From assembly GCA_965204725.1 (NCBI GenBank), contig OZ242005.1, positions 2,240,001 through 2,304,000 of the forward strand: a stretch of 64,000 nucleotides of DNA, written 5' to 3'. Every line of letters begins with the position of its first letter. Positions within the stretch are counted from its first letter, which is position 1. Both the position numbers and the translations under genes were made by a program. Positions 7,631 to 17,332 of this stretch are shown piece by piece. Below the pieces are notes generated by a model. That model made no database searches. It saw only the letters and a list, made by a program, of their open reading frames with translations, and was not told the origin of the DNA. Origin of the DNA: Candidatus Latescibacterota bacterium (lineage in GTDB: Bacteria; Latescibacterota; UBA2968; UBA8231).

Positions 7631-9808
7631 ATGTTGAAGTTCGCCGTTGTTGTCGCTGTTGTGCTGTGGGGTGGCCCCGCCGGGGCGATTCGGTGGGAGT
7701 TCGACGATGGGACGACGCAAGGATGGTTTGCCAAAGAAGATCGTGTGTGGGGTGGGGAGCGTGAATTTCATCAGTTTCCGGGGGTGGTTGAAGATGGCGT
7801 GTGGCGGATCGAGGTCGATCCCGCCGTCACCCAGGGGAGTTCCTCTACGCCGAAGGTCGAATTGATTTCGCCGACCATTGGGTACGATTCGGGTCTGTTC
7901 GACCACGTCCGCATCCGCTGCCGCACCGTCCACCACCGCCCTACAATGGGTAAGTTTTCGGTCGCTTGGACCAACGAGCACAACGCCCTGCCCTCAGGTT
8001 GGGATCTTGCGTTTGGAATCCGCTCACAAGATATACTCTATACTACCGAGTGGCAGGAAGTGGTGGTTGTCTTGGCAGGTCGCGACGACAAGAGATGGGA
8101 GGGTATTCTAAAAGATATTCGGCTCGGTTTTTCACTAGATCGTTGGGAAGCCGAGCCGGCGTCCGATGTGGTTGAGTGGTTTGAGATAGACTGGATCGAG
8201 TTGACCGGCGTGGAAGAGTTGCTACAGGGGGAACTGCCACCGCCGCCGGTAGCGTATCTTCGCTGGGATGCGGCTGGGCTTTTTGCGCCGCCGCTGTTCT
8301 ATCCGATTGCGCCGGGCACCGGGCACGATAAAGGCCTTTTAGGAGGGCCGCCGGGTGTCTTGACGGATTTGGATGGCGATGGGGCCTTAGACCTGTTTGC
8401 TGTTTGGAGTGCCCCGTACGAGGAAGAGGATCAGCCGGGGTATCAAACGGGCTGGCTGATGGCCCTCAACGACGGGCACGGGGTCTTGGAACTGAGGCGC
8501 ATAGAGGAAGTAGCGGGCGCAGGGCTGCTTAGTACCGATGCGGAAACTGGAAGTATAACCGTCACCGGGGTGCTCTTAGATGCGCTAGGGGCGGACTTGA
8601 ATGGCGATGGCCAAGACGAAATCGCGTTGTATGCAAGCGCCGGGGAGGAAGCGGCAGTAGAAGTGTGGTCTATCGGGACGGACCTCCAAGTCGAGGTGCT
8701 GGTGCGAATTGAGGATCGAGATCTCGTGGATGCCGCGGATTGGGATGGCGACGGCCGGGTCGAACTATTTGTTGAGGGGAGCACCTTAGAGGTGTGGGAT
8801 GTGGAACAGGGCGTGTGGACGTCCTCTGAGGTGGCCGAGGCCCAACACCATGTGGCCCATCGGGTTGGCGATTTTACCGGCGATGGGGTGCTCGATGTGG
8901 TGTGGACACCGATTGTCGGGCAGGCGAAGACGTGGGGGGTGGGAGCCTTGGGCGATGAGTTTCAGCGAAACGAGGTCTTTGAATTCGAGGCTTGGAATCC
9001 GCTGTCAGAGGTCGGCAATGAGGCCTGGGGTCCGCTGTCAGAGGTCGGCAATGAGGGTTGGAAGCCGCTGTTAGGGGTAGGCGATTTTGATGGCGATGGA
9101 CAGGTGGATGTACTCACCGAGTTCACTTGGGATCGACTTGAAGGGAGTAAGGGGCTCGTCTGGCTGAGCAATAGTACTGGCGGCGCAGAATCGGCGGTGT
9201 TGTATGATGATCGGCTGTTTCGACGCTCGCCAGTGCTGATGCGCGATCTCAATGCCGATGGAGTTGACGACTGGGTGTTTATCGGCGGAGACCGCGCTTC
9301 GGGCTTTGGGGTGTTCGTCGAATGGGGAGGGGGCGTCCAGCCGACCCAAGACGGGGAGCGGCATCGGCTGACCGGCAGTGCGACCCGTGTGCTGTCCGGG
9401 GATATGGATGGCGACGGCGATGAGGACTTGGTGGTGTTGGATCCGATCTGGGGTGGGGTGCATGTCCTCAAGAATTCGCTGGCTTCGACGCCGACGGCAG
9501 TACAGATGTCGGCGGCTGCGCGACCGGCGCAGTACCGGCTGGGCGACAGCTATCCCAACCCGTTCAATCCGGCGGTGGTGTTGCCCCTTGATTTGGCTAA
9601 GGACGCGGCGACGGTGTCGCTGCGGGTACATGACGTGTTGGGGCGTCGGGTGCGTCAGGTGTGGCAGGGGTCGCTGGGGGCAGGTCAGCATCGTTTTACT
9701 TGGGATGGCCGCGACGAGGCAGGCAGGGCGGTGGCGGCGGGCGTGTATATCTATCGGGTCGAGATGGACGGGCGGGTGGAAGCGAAAAAAATGACCAAGC
9801 TGCCGTAA
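7631..9808 (+). CDS. Secreted FG-GAP/VCBS-repeat protein with C-terminal FlgD-Ig domain, paralogue 1
   Basis: GGAGGTG RBS, signal peptide, repeated DxDGDGxxD motifs, YPNPFNP...WDGRDEAGRAVAAGVYIYR. Confidence 0.85.
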   Translation: MLKFAVVVAVVLWGGPAGAIRWEFDDGTTQGWFAKEDRVWGGEREFHQFPGVVEDGVWRIEVDPAVTQGSSSTPKVELISPTIGYDSGLFDHVRIRCRTVHHRPTMGKFSVAWTNEHNALPSGWDLAFGIRSQDILYTTEWQEVVVVLAGRDDKRWEGILKDIRLGFSLDRWEAEPASDVVEWFEIDWIELTGVEELLQGELPPPPVAYLRWDAAGLFAPPLFYPIAPGTGHDKGLLGGPPGVLTDLDGDGALDLFAVWSAPYEEEDQPGYQTGWLMALNDGHGVLELRRIEEVAGAGLLSTDAETGSITVTGVLLDALGADLNGDGQDEIALYASAGEEAAVEVWSIGTDLQVEVLVRIEDRDLVDAADWDGDGRVELFVEGSTLEVWDVEQGVWTSSEVAEAQHHVAHRVGDFTGDGVLDVVWTPIVGQAKTWGVGALGDEFQRNEVFEFEAWNPLSEVGNEAWGPLSEVGNEGWKPLLGVGDFDGDGQVDVLTEFTWDRLEGSKGLVWLSNSTGGAESAVLYDDRLFRRSPVLMRDLNADGVDDWVFIGGDRASGFGVFVEWGGGVQPTQDGERHRLTGSATRVLSGDMDGDGDEDLVVLDPIWGGVHVLKNSLASTPTAVQMSAAARPAQYRLGDSYPNPFNPAVVLPLDLAKDAATVSLRVHDVLGRRVRQVWQGSLGAGQHRFTWDGRDEAGRAVAAGVYIYRVEMDGRVEAKKMTKLP
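8993..9058 (+). repeat. 33-bp in-frame tandem duplication
   Basis: WNPLSEVGNEA / WGPLSEVGNEG; absent from paralogue 2. Confidence 0.8.
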
Positions 9809-9902
9809 GGAGTGGTTGAAACGTGAGCCGGTGAGAGGGCATAAGACCGCCTAAATCATCTATACCTGACTGGAGCCGAAATTGTTGCAAAGGAGATGTG
9901 CT

Positions 9903-12053
9903 ATGCTACTGCTATTCGCCGTTGTTGCCGCCGTGATGCTGTGGAACGATCCCGCCGCGGCGATCAAGTGGGAGTTCGACGATGGGACGACGCAAGGGTG
10001 GTCTGCCACAGAAGGACTTATAGGGGTGGGAGGGCCACGTGAAACGAACCTGTTTCCGGGCGAGGTCGACGAAGGCGTGTGGCGGATCGCGGTCGATTCC
10101 TCCAGCACCAGAGGGCGGGATTCCCAGGCGGATTTCAAATTGATTTCCCCGACTATCGGGTACAATTCAGACCTGTTCGACCGGGTCCGCATCCGCTGCC
10201 GCACCGTCCATCATCGTCCTACAGTTGGTCATTTTTCGATCGCTTGGACCAACGAGCACAACGCCTTGGCTGCCGGTGAGGATCTAGGAGACCCGCTGTT
10301 GTCGCTCAGCCGGTTTGAAACCTCCGTCCAAGAAATAGTCTATACCACTGAGTGGCAGGAAATCGTGCTGTCGTTGGCCGGTCAAGACGAGAAGATATGG
10401 GAGGGGTTATTGAAAGATATTCGGCTCCGTTTTCTTCTCGATACAGAGGTAGATCTTTGGTCGGCGGCGGCCGTGGTTGAGGTTGCGTGGTTCGAGGTTG
10501 ACTGGATCGAGTTGACCGGCGTGGAAGGGCTCTTACAGGGGGAACTGCCGCCGCCCTACGTAGAGTATTTTCGCTTGGACGGGATCGGCCTTTTTGCCGC
10601 GCCGGCGTTCTATCCGATTGCCCCGGGCATAGGGGGCGGTACTTATGGAGAGGAGGTCGGCGTCTTAACGGACTTGGATGGCGATGGCGACTTAGACCTG
10701 TTCGCCGTCTGGGAAGATGGTCAGATAGGGGTGGGGACTAAAGATGGCTGGCTGATGGCGCTCAATGACGGGCACGGGGCCTTGAAACTAAGGCGCACAG
10801 AGGAAGTAACGGCCACCGGGGAGACGAGTACGGATGAGGACACAGGCGTGACGAGCAGTTTCGGGGTGGTCTTAGGGGTGCTGGGTGCGGACTTGACCGG
10901 CGATGGTCGCGACGAAATCGTGCTATCTACAAGCAACGAGGGAAAGAGAACAGAAGTGTGGTCTATCGGGCCGGAACTGCAAGTCGAGGTGCTCGTGCCG
11001 ATCGCGGATCGGTGGGTCGCGGATACAGCGGATTGGGACAGCGACGGTCGGGTCGAATTATTTGTGCAGAATGTTACGTATGAGGGCAGCACGTTAGAGG
11101 TCTGGGATGCAGCCGAGGGCGGGTGGACCGCCGAGGAGGTAGCGGCCGACCCAAACTATGCGCCCAGTCGGGTCGGCGATGTTACTGGCGATGGGGTCTT
11201 AGACGTGGTGTGGGTGCCGATCGCCGGGCGGTCAAACAGGTGGCTTGTGCAGGCTTTGGGCGGGGACTTGCAGCAAGGCGAGAGCTTTGCATTCGGCGAG
11301 GGGTATAGGCAGCTATTGGGGGTGGGCGATTTTGATGGCGACGGGCAGGTGGATTTCCTCACCGAGTCCACACGGGATCAATTTGAAGGGAGTAAGGGGC
11401 TCGTCTGGCTGAGCAAGAGTACTGGCGGCGCAGAATCGGCGGTGCTCTATGATGATCGGCTGTTTCGACGCTCGCCGGTGCTGATGCGCGATCTCAACGG
11501 CGATGGAGTTGACGACTGGGTGTTTATCGGCGGAGATCGTGCTTCGGGCTTTGGGGTGTTCGTCGAATGGGGGGGACGTGTCAATCCGACCCAAGACGGG
11601 GAGCGGCATCGGCTGCAAGGCAGCGCGACCCACGTGCTGTCTGGGGATATGGATGGCGACGGCGATGAGGACTTGGTGGTGTTAGACCCGATCTGGGGTG
11701 GGGTGCATGTCCTCAAGAGTTCGCTGGCTTCGACGCCGACGGCCGTGCAGACGTCGGCGGCAGCGCGACCGGCACAGTACCGGCTGGGCGACAGCTATCC
11801 CAATCCGTTTAATCCGGCGGTGGTGCTGCCCCTCGATTTGGCGACGGACGCGACGGAAGTATCGCTGCGGGTGCATGACGTGTTGGGTCGTCGGGTGCGT
11901 CAGGTGTGGCAGGGGCCGCTAGGGGCAGGTCAGCATCGGTTTGTATGGGATGGTCGCGACGAGGCGGGCAAGGCGGTGGCCGCGGGCGTGTATGTCTATC
12001 GGGTGGAAATCGACGGGCGGGTGGAAGCGAAAAAGACGACCAAGCTGCCGTAA
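9903..12053 (+). CDS. Secreted FG-GAP/VCBS-repeat protein with C-terminal FlgD-Ig domain, paralogue 2
   Basis: Same architecture; last third nearly identical to paralogue 1. Confidence 0.85.
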   Translation: MLLLFAVVAAVMLWNDPAAAIKWEFDDGTTQGWSATEGLIGVGGPRETNLFPGEVDEGVWRIAVDSSSTRGRDSQADFKLISPTIGYNSDLFDRVRIRCRTVHHRPTVGHFSIAWTNEHNALAAGEDLGDPLLSLSRFETSVQEIVYTTEWQEIVLSLAGQDEKIWEGLLKDIRLRFLLDTEVDLWSAAAVVEVAWFEVDWIELTGVEGLLQGELPPPYVEYFRLDGIGLFAAPAFYPIAPGIGGGTYGEEVGVLTDLDGDGDLDLFAVWEDGQIGVGTKDGWLMALNDGHGALKLRRTEEVTATGETSTDEDTGVTSSFGVVLGVLGADLTGDGRDEIVLSTSNEGKRTEVWSIGPELQVEVLVPIADRWVADTADWDSDGRVELFVQNVTYEGSTLEVWDAAEGGWTAEEVAADPNYAPSRVGDVTGDGVLDVVWVPIAGRSNRWLVQALGGDLQQGESFAFGEGYRQLLGVGDFDGDGQVDFLTESTRDQFEGSKGLVWLSKSTGGAESAVLYDDRLFRRSPVLMRDLNGDGVDDWVFIGGDRASGFGVFVEWGGRVNPTQDGERHRLQGSATHVLSGDMDGDGDEDLVVLDPIWGGVHVLKSSLASTPTAVQTSAAARPAQYRLGDSYPNPFNPAVVLPLDLATDATEVSLRVHDVLGRRVRQVWQGPLGAGQHRFVWDGRDEAGKAVAAGVYVYRVEIDGRVEAKKTTKLP

Positions 12054-12155
12054 GAAGCGTTCTTAAAACTCACGTTGCTTTCGGCCTAGTCTTGCACGAC
12101 GACTCTAGGGGTCATTCCCGCGAACGCGGGAATCCAAAAAAGGACCAAGCCGAAA
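12051..12155 (+). repeat. Composite REP/MITE-like element, family 2
   Basis: TAAGAAGCGTTCTTAAAACTC...GTCATTCCCGCGAACGCGGGAATCCA...GGACC; second copy at 28485-28585. Confidence 0.7.
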
Positions 12156-12193
12156 GGCACGTCCTGAAGGATTTTTGTTTCGAGGCTGTTCGT

Positions 12194-12209
12194 TGGCACG
12201 AAACTTGCG
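12194..12209 (+). promoter_or_regulatory. Sigma54 (-24/-12) promoter
   Basis: TGGCACGAAACTTGCG with correct GG/GC spacing, followed by ATAATTCG as in copy 1. Confidence 0.75.
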
Positions 12210-12224
12210 TATTTATAATTCGCA

Positions 12225-12341
12225 ACGGCGAGACCGAGACCGACGAAAGGAGGTGAGATAAACCCGTATCGGCTGTTTTTCAACGTTCACTTCCAGTATC
12301 GTAGCGGCAGAGAGCCGCCAACATACTGGGCAACTAAGGAG
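12225..12341 (+). ncRNA. Candidate structured 5' leader RNA, copy 2
   Basis: CCAGTAT/ATACTGG and GCGGC/GCCGC stems; compensatory changes relative to copy 1. Confidence 0.5.
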
Positions 12342-12348
12342 CAGGATT

Positions 12349-13224
12349 ATGAACTATCGATCCATGCTAATCGTCTGCTTGACGACGCTGGGGCTAGCCG
12401 CCGCTGGCTGGGGACAAGCCGACGGGAAAATAGCGTTTATCTCCGACCGCGAAGGGCACAGTGACGTGTGGATTATGCAAGCGGATGGGAGCAACCCCGT
12501 CAACCTAACCCAAGGACGGGATTGCACTAGCCCGGCGTGGTCCCCAGATGGCGCGAAGATCGCCTACATTGACCGGGGCGAAATCTGGTTGATGGATGCC
12601 GACGGCCGCAATCCGCAACAGGTGACAGACGATTCAGTCGATAAAGCGAGGCTTTGGTGGTCTAACGACGGAAGTAGCATTTACTATATCGCCGCCGTGA
12701 CCGCGCCGCTTGCGGACGAGTGGGACGGCCCTGAGGCCTTCGTTACACAACTAGATGGCAGTGGCTCCTCGCCTGCGGACTGGCGAGAGATGTACCACCG
12801 CTTCCTCCCCGGTCGTTCCCCAGACGGAACCCAACAGGCAATCATCACGTTGTGGGATGGAGGGGGCCATATCCATGCCAATTTCCTTATCCAGAGCAGT
12901 GTCAGCGACCATGAGCATCCGGGTATTCTCCTGCCTGAATCACTCCTGAATAGGCTGACTGCGGAGGAAGATAGGGATAGTTGGCAAACTTTTCCTACTT
13001 GGTCGCCCGACGGCATGAGAATAGCCTTTGCGGCCTTGATCCAGTTCAAGGGTCAGTTTGAGATTTGGGCCGCTGATATAGACGGGGACAACTGGGTCGA
13101 ATTGACTAACGGCTTAGGTGGACATTCTCCTGCTTGGCAACCGATGCTCCCTGTGGCTACGAGCGTCGAGTCCCAAACGTGGGGACGGATCAAATCGCTG
13201 CTTTCAAGTGAGCCTCGTCCGTAG
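12349..13224 (+). CDS. Secreted TolB-like PD40 beta-propeller protein
   Basis: Signal peptide, KIAFISDREG, PAWSPDG and PTWSPDG repeats; C-terminal TSVESQTWGRIK. Confidence 0.8.
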   Translation: MNYRSMLIVCLTTLGLAAAGWGQADGKIAFISDREGHSDVWIMQADGSNPVNLTQGRDCTSPAWSPDGAKIAYIDRGEIWLMDADGRNPQQVTDDSVDKARLWWSNDGSSIYYIAAVTAPLADEWDGPEAFVTQLDGSGSSPADWREMYHRFLPGRSPDGTQQAIITLWDGGGHIHANFLIQSSVSDHEHPGILLPESLLNRLTAEEDRDSWQTFPTWSPDGMRIAFAALIQFKGQFEIWAADIDGDNWVELTNGLGGHSPAWQPMLPVATSVESQTWGRIKSLLSSEPRP

Positions 13225-13290
13225 AGGCGGTTCGCAAGCCGCCCCGTTATTACCACCGTAGCGGCTTCGGGCCGCGAAATCAATAGTTCT

Positions 13291-13323
13291 GCGGCGGAAG
13301 CCAAGGTATTAGGCTTCCGCCGC
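13291..13323. repeat. 12-bp perfect hairpin
   Basis: GCGGCGGAAGCC-N9-GGCTTCCGCCGC in the intergenic region. Confidence 0.5.
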
Positions 13324-13347
13324 CCCCCAAGATAGAGGCACTCCACT

Positions 13348-14193
13348 ATGCGTATCGACGCCCACCTACACGTCTTCGCCCGTCCCAGCGCCGAATTCCC
13401 ACGCGAGATCACCCCGAGCATGCCCGCCGAGCGCGAAGCACCCGTCGAGGCACTCTTGGCGCAGATGGCCGCCCACGCCATCGACAAGGCCGTGCTCGTG
13501 CAAACCGGCGGCACCAGCCTCGCGCATCACGCCTATTTACAACACTGCCTACGCACCTATCCCGACCGCTTCTTGGGTATCGGCTTGATACCGCCCGACG
13601 CGCCCGCGCCTGCCGACCAGATGGACCGCCTCGCTGAAGACGGCTCGATCATCGGCTTCCGGCTCCGCTCGCTCGGCGACTTTTCTCGTCCTATCTGGGA
13701 ACACGCCGCCCGCCAAGACTACGTGCTCTGGCTCTACCTGCGCGCGGACGCTGCCCGGCGGCTGCCCCAGTTCCTCACGGCTTTTCCCCAAGTGCGCGTC
13801 GTGATCAATCACCTCATGGTCTGCCCACGTGCGGATCGGTTTACTTGGGACGCCAAGGGCCGTCCGCAAATCGACGTGGAGATGCCGCCGCCGACCGGAC
13901 TCCTCGGCCCCGCGCCCGATTCGCCCAACGTCTGCGTCCACCTATCGGGCCAATACGCCATGAGCAAGGCGGCCTATCCCTATCTCGACTTGGCCGCTTG
14001 GCACCGCCGCCTGCTGTCCGCTTTTGGGGCCGCCCGCCTGCTATGGGCTTCGGATTTTCCTTGGATTGTAGCCGATCCCGGCTACGGAAAGTGCGTCGAG
14101 GTGCTCGACCACCTGCTGCCCGACCTGAGCAGCGGTCAGCGCCAACTCATCATGGGCGAGACCGCCCGGCACTTCCTCGGCTTTGGGGATTAA
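13348..14193 (+). CDS. Amidohydrolase_2 family protein
   Basis: IDAHLH, VINHL, LLWASDFPW. Confidence 0.85.
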   Translation: MRIDAHLHVFARPSAEFPREITPSMPAEREAPVEALLAQMAAHAIDKAVLVQTGGTSLAHHAYLQHCLRTYPDRFLGIGLIPPDAPAPADQMDRLAEDGSIIGFRLRSLGDFSRPIWEHAARQDYVLWLYLRADAARRLPQFLTAFPQVRVVINHLMVCPRADRFTWDAKGRPQIDVEMPPPTGLLGPAPDSPNVCVHLSGQYAMSKAAYPYLDLAAWHRRLLSAFGAARLLWASDFPWIVADPGYGKCVEVLDHLLPDLSSGQRQLIMGETARHFLGFGD

Positions 14194-15203
14194 CGCGCCG
14201 ATTCATTTTGCCCCACTTCGACGGCGCGCAATTTCTTCACCGCCTGCCCCACACCGCGCACCATCTCGGGCATCCCACGACCGCTGATGGCCGAGACCAA
14301 AAATCGCGGCGCACGCAGGTTGCCAAAAGGGTCTTTGAACTCCGCGTCTGGTCCCAACAAGTCAGCTTTGGTCAGCGCAATGCCAGCGGGCTTGTGGCGC
14401 ATTCCAGCGTCGAAAAATTCCAACTCGCGGCGGAGGGCCTCCAGCTCGCCACACAGGTCCGGGCCGGTGCAATCAATGGCAAACAGCAGGATGCGCGTGC
14501 GCTCAATGTGGCGCAAAAATCGCGTCCCCAAGCCCTTGCCCTCGTGAGCACCCTCGATCAGCCCCGGCAAGTCGGCCAACACAAAGCTCTCGCCCTCGGC
14601 CCATTGCACAATCCCCAAGTTCGGCTCCAAGGTCGTAAAGGGATAGTCGGCAATTTTGGGACGAGCCGCAGAAAGCCGCGCCAGCAGCGTGGATTTGCCC
14701 GCGTTGGGGAAGCCCACCAGCCCGACATCCGCCAGCAACTTTAGCTCTAGCCGCACCACCATTTGCGCGCCCTCTTGCCCGGGGTCGGCGCGCCGTGGGG
14801 CCTGTACGCGCGCCGTGGCAAAGCGGGCATTGCCGCGGCCCCCGCGCCCGCCCGCCAGCAGCACCAGCTCTTGCCCATCCTCGACCATGTCGCGGATCAG
14901 CGCGCCCTTTTCGTCGCGCAAGATGGTGCCCGGCGGCACGCATATAACCGCGTGCTCGCCGCGCCGACCTGTCTTGCCCTTGCCCTCGCCGTGGGCGCCG
15001 CGGCCGGCGCGGAGGTGGCGTTGGTAGCGGAAATCGTGCAGCGTGTTTAGCTGGGCATCGACGCGAAAGATCACATCGCCCCCGTCGCCCCCGTCGCCCC
15101 CATCCGGGCCGCCTCGTGGCACGTACTTCTCGCGCCGAAACGAACAGCAGCCGCGGCCGCCATGGCCCGACTCCACCGCGATGGTCACTTCGTCGATGAA
15201 CAT
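14190..15203 (-). CDS. obgE: GTPase ObgE
   Basis: FRREKYVPRGGPDGGDGG, GFPNAGKST, DLPGLIEGA. Confidence 0.97.
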   Translation of the reverse strand: MFIDEVTIAVESGHGGRGCCSFRREKYVPRGGPDGGDGGDGGDVIFRVDAQLNTLHDFRYQRHLRAGRGAHGEGKGKTGRRGEHAVICVPPGTILRDEKGALIRDMVEDGQELVLLAGGRGGRGNARFATARVQAPRRADPGQEGAQMVVRLELKLLADVGLVGFPNAGKSTLLARLSAARPKIADYPFTTLEPNLGIVQWAEGESFVLADLPGLIEGAHEGKGLGTRFLRHIERTRILLFAIDCTGPDLCGELEALRRELEFFDAGMRHKPAGIALTKADLLGPDAEFKDPFGNLRAPRFLVSAISGRGMPEMVRGVGQAVKKLRAVEVGQNESAR

Positions 15204-15210
15204 GGGCCGA

Positions 15211-16593
15211 CTAGTATTCTTCCGGCTCCGTGCGCCAGTCAGGGGCCATCATCTCGTAGGTGGCACTTTCCTTGTTCCACATCAGAGGCACCGAGTCAAC
15301 CGGGCCGTTGCGCTGCTTGCCGACGATGATCTCGGCAGTGCCCTCAAGACTCTCGCCATCCGGGGACTTGAGCCCGTACATCTCCGGGCGATAGATGAAC
15401 ATCACCACATCGGCGTCCTGCTCCAAGCTGCCCGATTCCCGCAAGTCCGAAAGCTGGGGCCGCCGGTCCGTGCGGCTTTCTACGGCGCGCGACAACTGCG
15501 ACAAGGCCAAAACCGGCATGTCCAATTCTTTAGCCATGGCCTTGAGGCCGCGCGAGATCTGCGAAATCTCCTGCTCGCGGCTTTGGGTCCTAAGATGACC
15601 GCTCATTAGCTGGAGGTAGTCGATCACGACCATGCCAATCCCGTACTCGCGCAGTTGTCGTCGCGCCTTGGCCCGCGCTTCGAGCACTGAGATACCCGGG
15701 GTGTCGTCTATGTAGATCGGTGCTTGGGCTAAGCGGTCGATATTGCGCGTTAGGTGCATCCAATCGTCTTCGGTCAGCCGACCGGTGCGGAGCTTGTGCA
15801 AATCGACCTTGGTCTCCGCGCTGAGCAGGCGCTGGGCCAGTTGCATCTTAGACATTTCCAAGCTGAAAATCGCCACCCCGACTCCGGCATCCACGGCCGC
15901 ATTGCGCGCCAGCGTCAGCGCGAGGGCTGTCTTGCCGACGCTGGGCCGCGCCGCGAGAATGATCAGATCGCCCTTCTGAAAGCCCGACGTCAGGTCGTTG
16001 AGATTGGCAAAGCCCGTATCCACCCCCAAGACCGTGTCCGTCTTGGCGTGGATGCGCTCAATGTGCTCGAACGCGTCGCCCATCACCTTGTCGAGCGGCT
16101 CAAAGCCCTCGCCGATTTGGTTTTCGCTCAGGCTGAAAAGCTGCTGCTCGGCCTTGTCGATCAGGGTCTGGACATCCTCGTCGGCCGCGTACGCCCGCTC
16201 GCTGATCTCGCTGGCGACTTCGATCAACTTGCGGCTTAGTGCCTTCTCAAAAACGATCCGCGCGTGAAAGTCTATATTGGCCGCCGTGGCGACCTCAGAC
16301 CCCAGCTTGGCCAGATAGACGACCCCGCCGACATCGTCGAGTTGGCCGCGGCGCTTGAGCTCTTCGGTCAGGGTCAGCTGATCAACGGCCGTGCCCTGCT
16401 CAAACAGGGTGTGCATGGCCTCGAATATCCGACCGTGTGAGGCGTGATAAAAACAGCTTTTGTCGAGGATTTCAAAGGCGCGGCTAAGGGCTTGCTGCTC
16501 TAGCATCATCGCCCCGAGCACGGCCTGCTCGACCTCTACGGCCTGCGGCGGCATCCGCCCGAGATCTTGCGTCTGCGTTGGACTCTGGGTCAT
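15211..16593 (-). CDS. dnaB: Replicative DNA helicase
   Basis: AARPSVGKT, IDYLQLM, SQLSR, DLRESGSLEQDAD; no intein. Confidence 0.97.
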   Translation of the reverse strand: MTQSPTQTQDLGRMPPQAVEVEQAVLGAMMLEQQALSRAFEILDKSCFYHASHGRIFEAMHTLFEQGTAVDQLTLTEELKRRGQLDDVGGVVYLAKLGSEVATAANIDFHARIVFEKALSRKLIEVASEISERAYAADEDVQTLIDKAEQQLFSLSENQIGEGFEPLDKVMGDAFEHIERIHAKTDTVLGVDTGFANLNDLTSGFQKGDLIILAARPSVGKTALALTLARNAAVDAGVGVAIFSLEMSKMQLAQRLLSAETKVDLHKLRTGRLTEDDWMHLTRNIDRLAQAPIYIDDTPGISVLEARAKARRQLREYGIGMVVIDYLQLMSGHLRTQSREQEISQISRGLKAMAKELDMPVLALSQLSRAVESRTDRRPQLSDLRESGSLEQDADVVMFIYRPEMYGLKSPDGESLEGTAEIIVGKQRNGPVDSVPLMWNKESATYEMMAPDWRTEPEEY

Positions 16594-16610
16594 GGTTCAG
16601 CTCCAAAAAT

Positions 16611-17300
16611 TCAGAGATCGACTCCGTCGTAGAGCTTCCGCACCCGCTTGATGTCCTCCCAAGTCGGGCGCTTCCACTGGGGATTGCGCAAGAGGGCCGC
16701 CGGGTGATACGTGGCCACCAAGGGGATGCCCTCGTAGTGGTGAGACTGGCCGCGCAACCGGCCCATAGGCTCGCGGCTGCGGAGCAGGGTTTGCGCGGCA
16801 AACCGGCCCAAGGTGCAGATGACGCGGGGCTGGACAATTTCGATCTGGCGCTTGAGATACGGCTCGCACTGCTCGATCTCGTCGGGCTGGGGGTCGCGGT
16901 TATTCGGGGGGCGGCACTTGAGTATGTTGCAGATATAGACCTCGTCGCGGGATAGGCCCATGGCTTCGATGATCTTAGTCAGCAGTTGACCGGCTTTCCC
17001 CACAAAGGGCTGGCCCGCGCGGTCTTCCTCGGCCCCTGGGGCCTCGCCGATGAACAGGATACCGGCCGCTGGATCGCCGCTGCCAAACACGAACTGCTGC
17101 CGCGTCGCCCCCAGCCGACAGCGGGTACAATCGCAAATCTGACGGCGAAAGGCCTCCAGCGCACCGACGGCTGGTTCCTCCGCACTAGGCGCGGCAGCCG
17201 GCTCCGGCTCCAGTCCGGTGAATTGGGTCCCTTCAAAGGCCACTAAGTCGGACAAATAGCGCCGGGCCTCGCCCAGCACATCCTCGTTCTGCTCTTTCAT
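16611..17300 (-). CDS. Family 4 uracil-DNA glycosylase
   Basis: Cxx[22 protein letters not shown]. Confidence 0.92.
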   Translation of the reverse strand: MKEQNEDVLGEARRYLSDLVAFEGTQFTGLEPEPAAAPSAEEPAVGALEAFRRQICDCTRCRLGATRQQFVFGSGDPAAGILFIGEAPGAEEDRAGQPFVGKAGQLLTKIIEAMGLSRDEVYICNILKCRPPNNRDPQPDEIEQCEPYLKRQIEIVQPRVICTLGRFAAQTLLRSREPMGRLRGQSHHYEGIPLVATYHPAALLRNPQWKRPTWEDIKRVRKLYDGVDL

Positions 17301-17332
17301 GGCAATATCCTCAATTTCTTCTCAAACTCCCA

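Noticed and set aside
7631-12053. Diversity-generating retroelement template/variable repeat pair
   Set aside because: Differences are not adenine-specific, both copies are full genes, and no reverse transcriptase is present.
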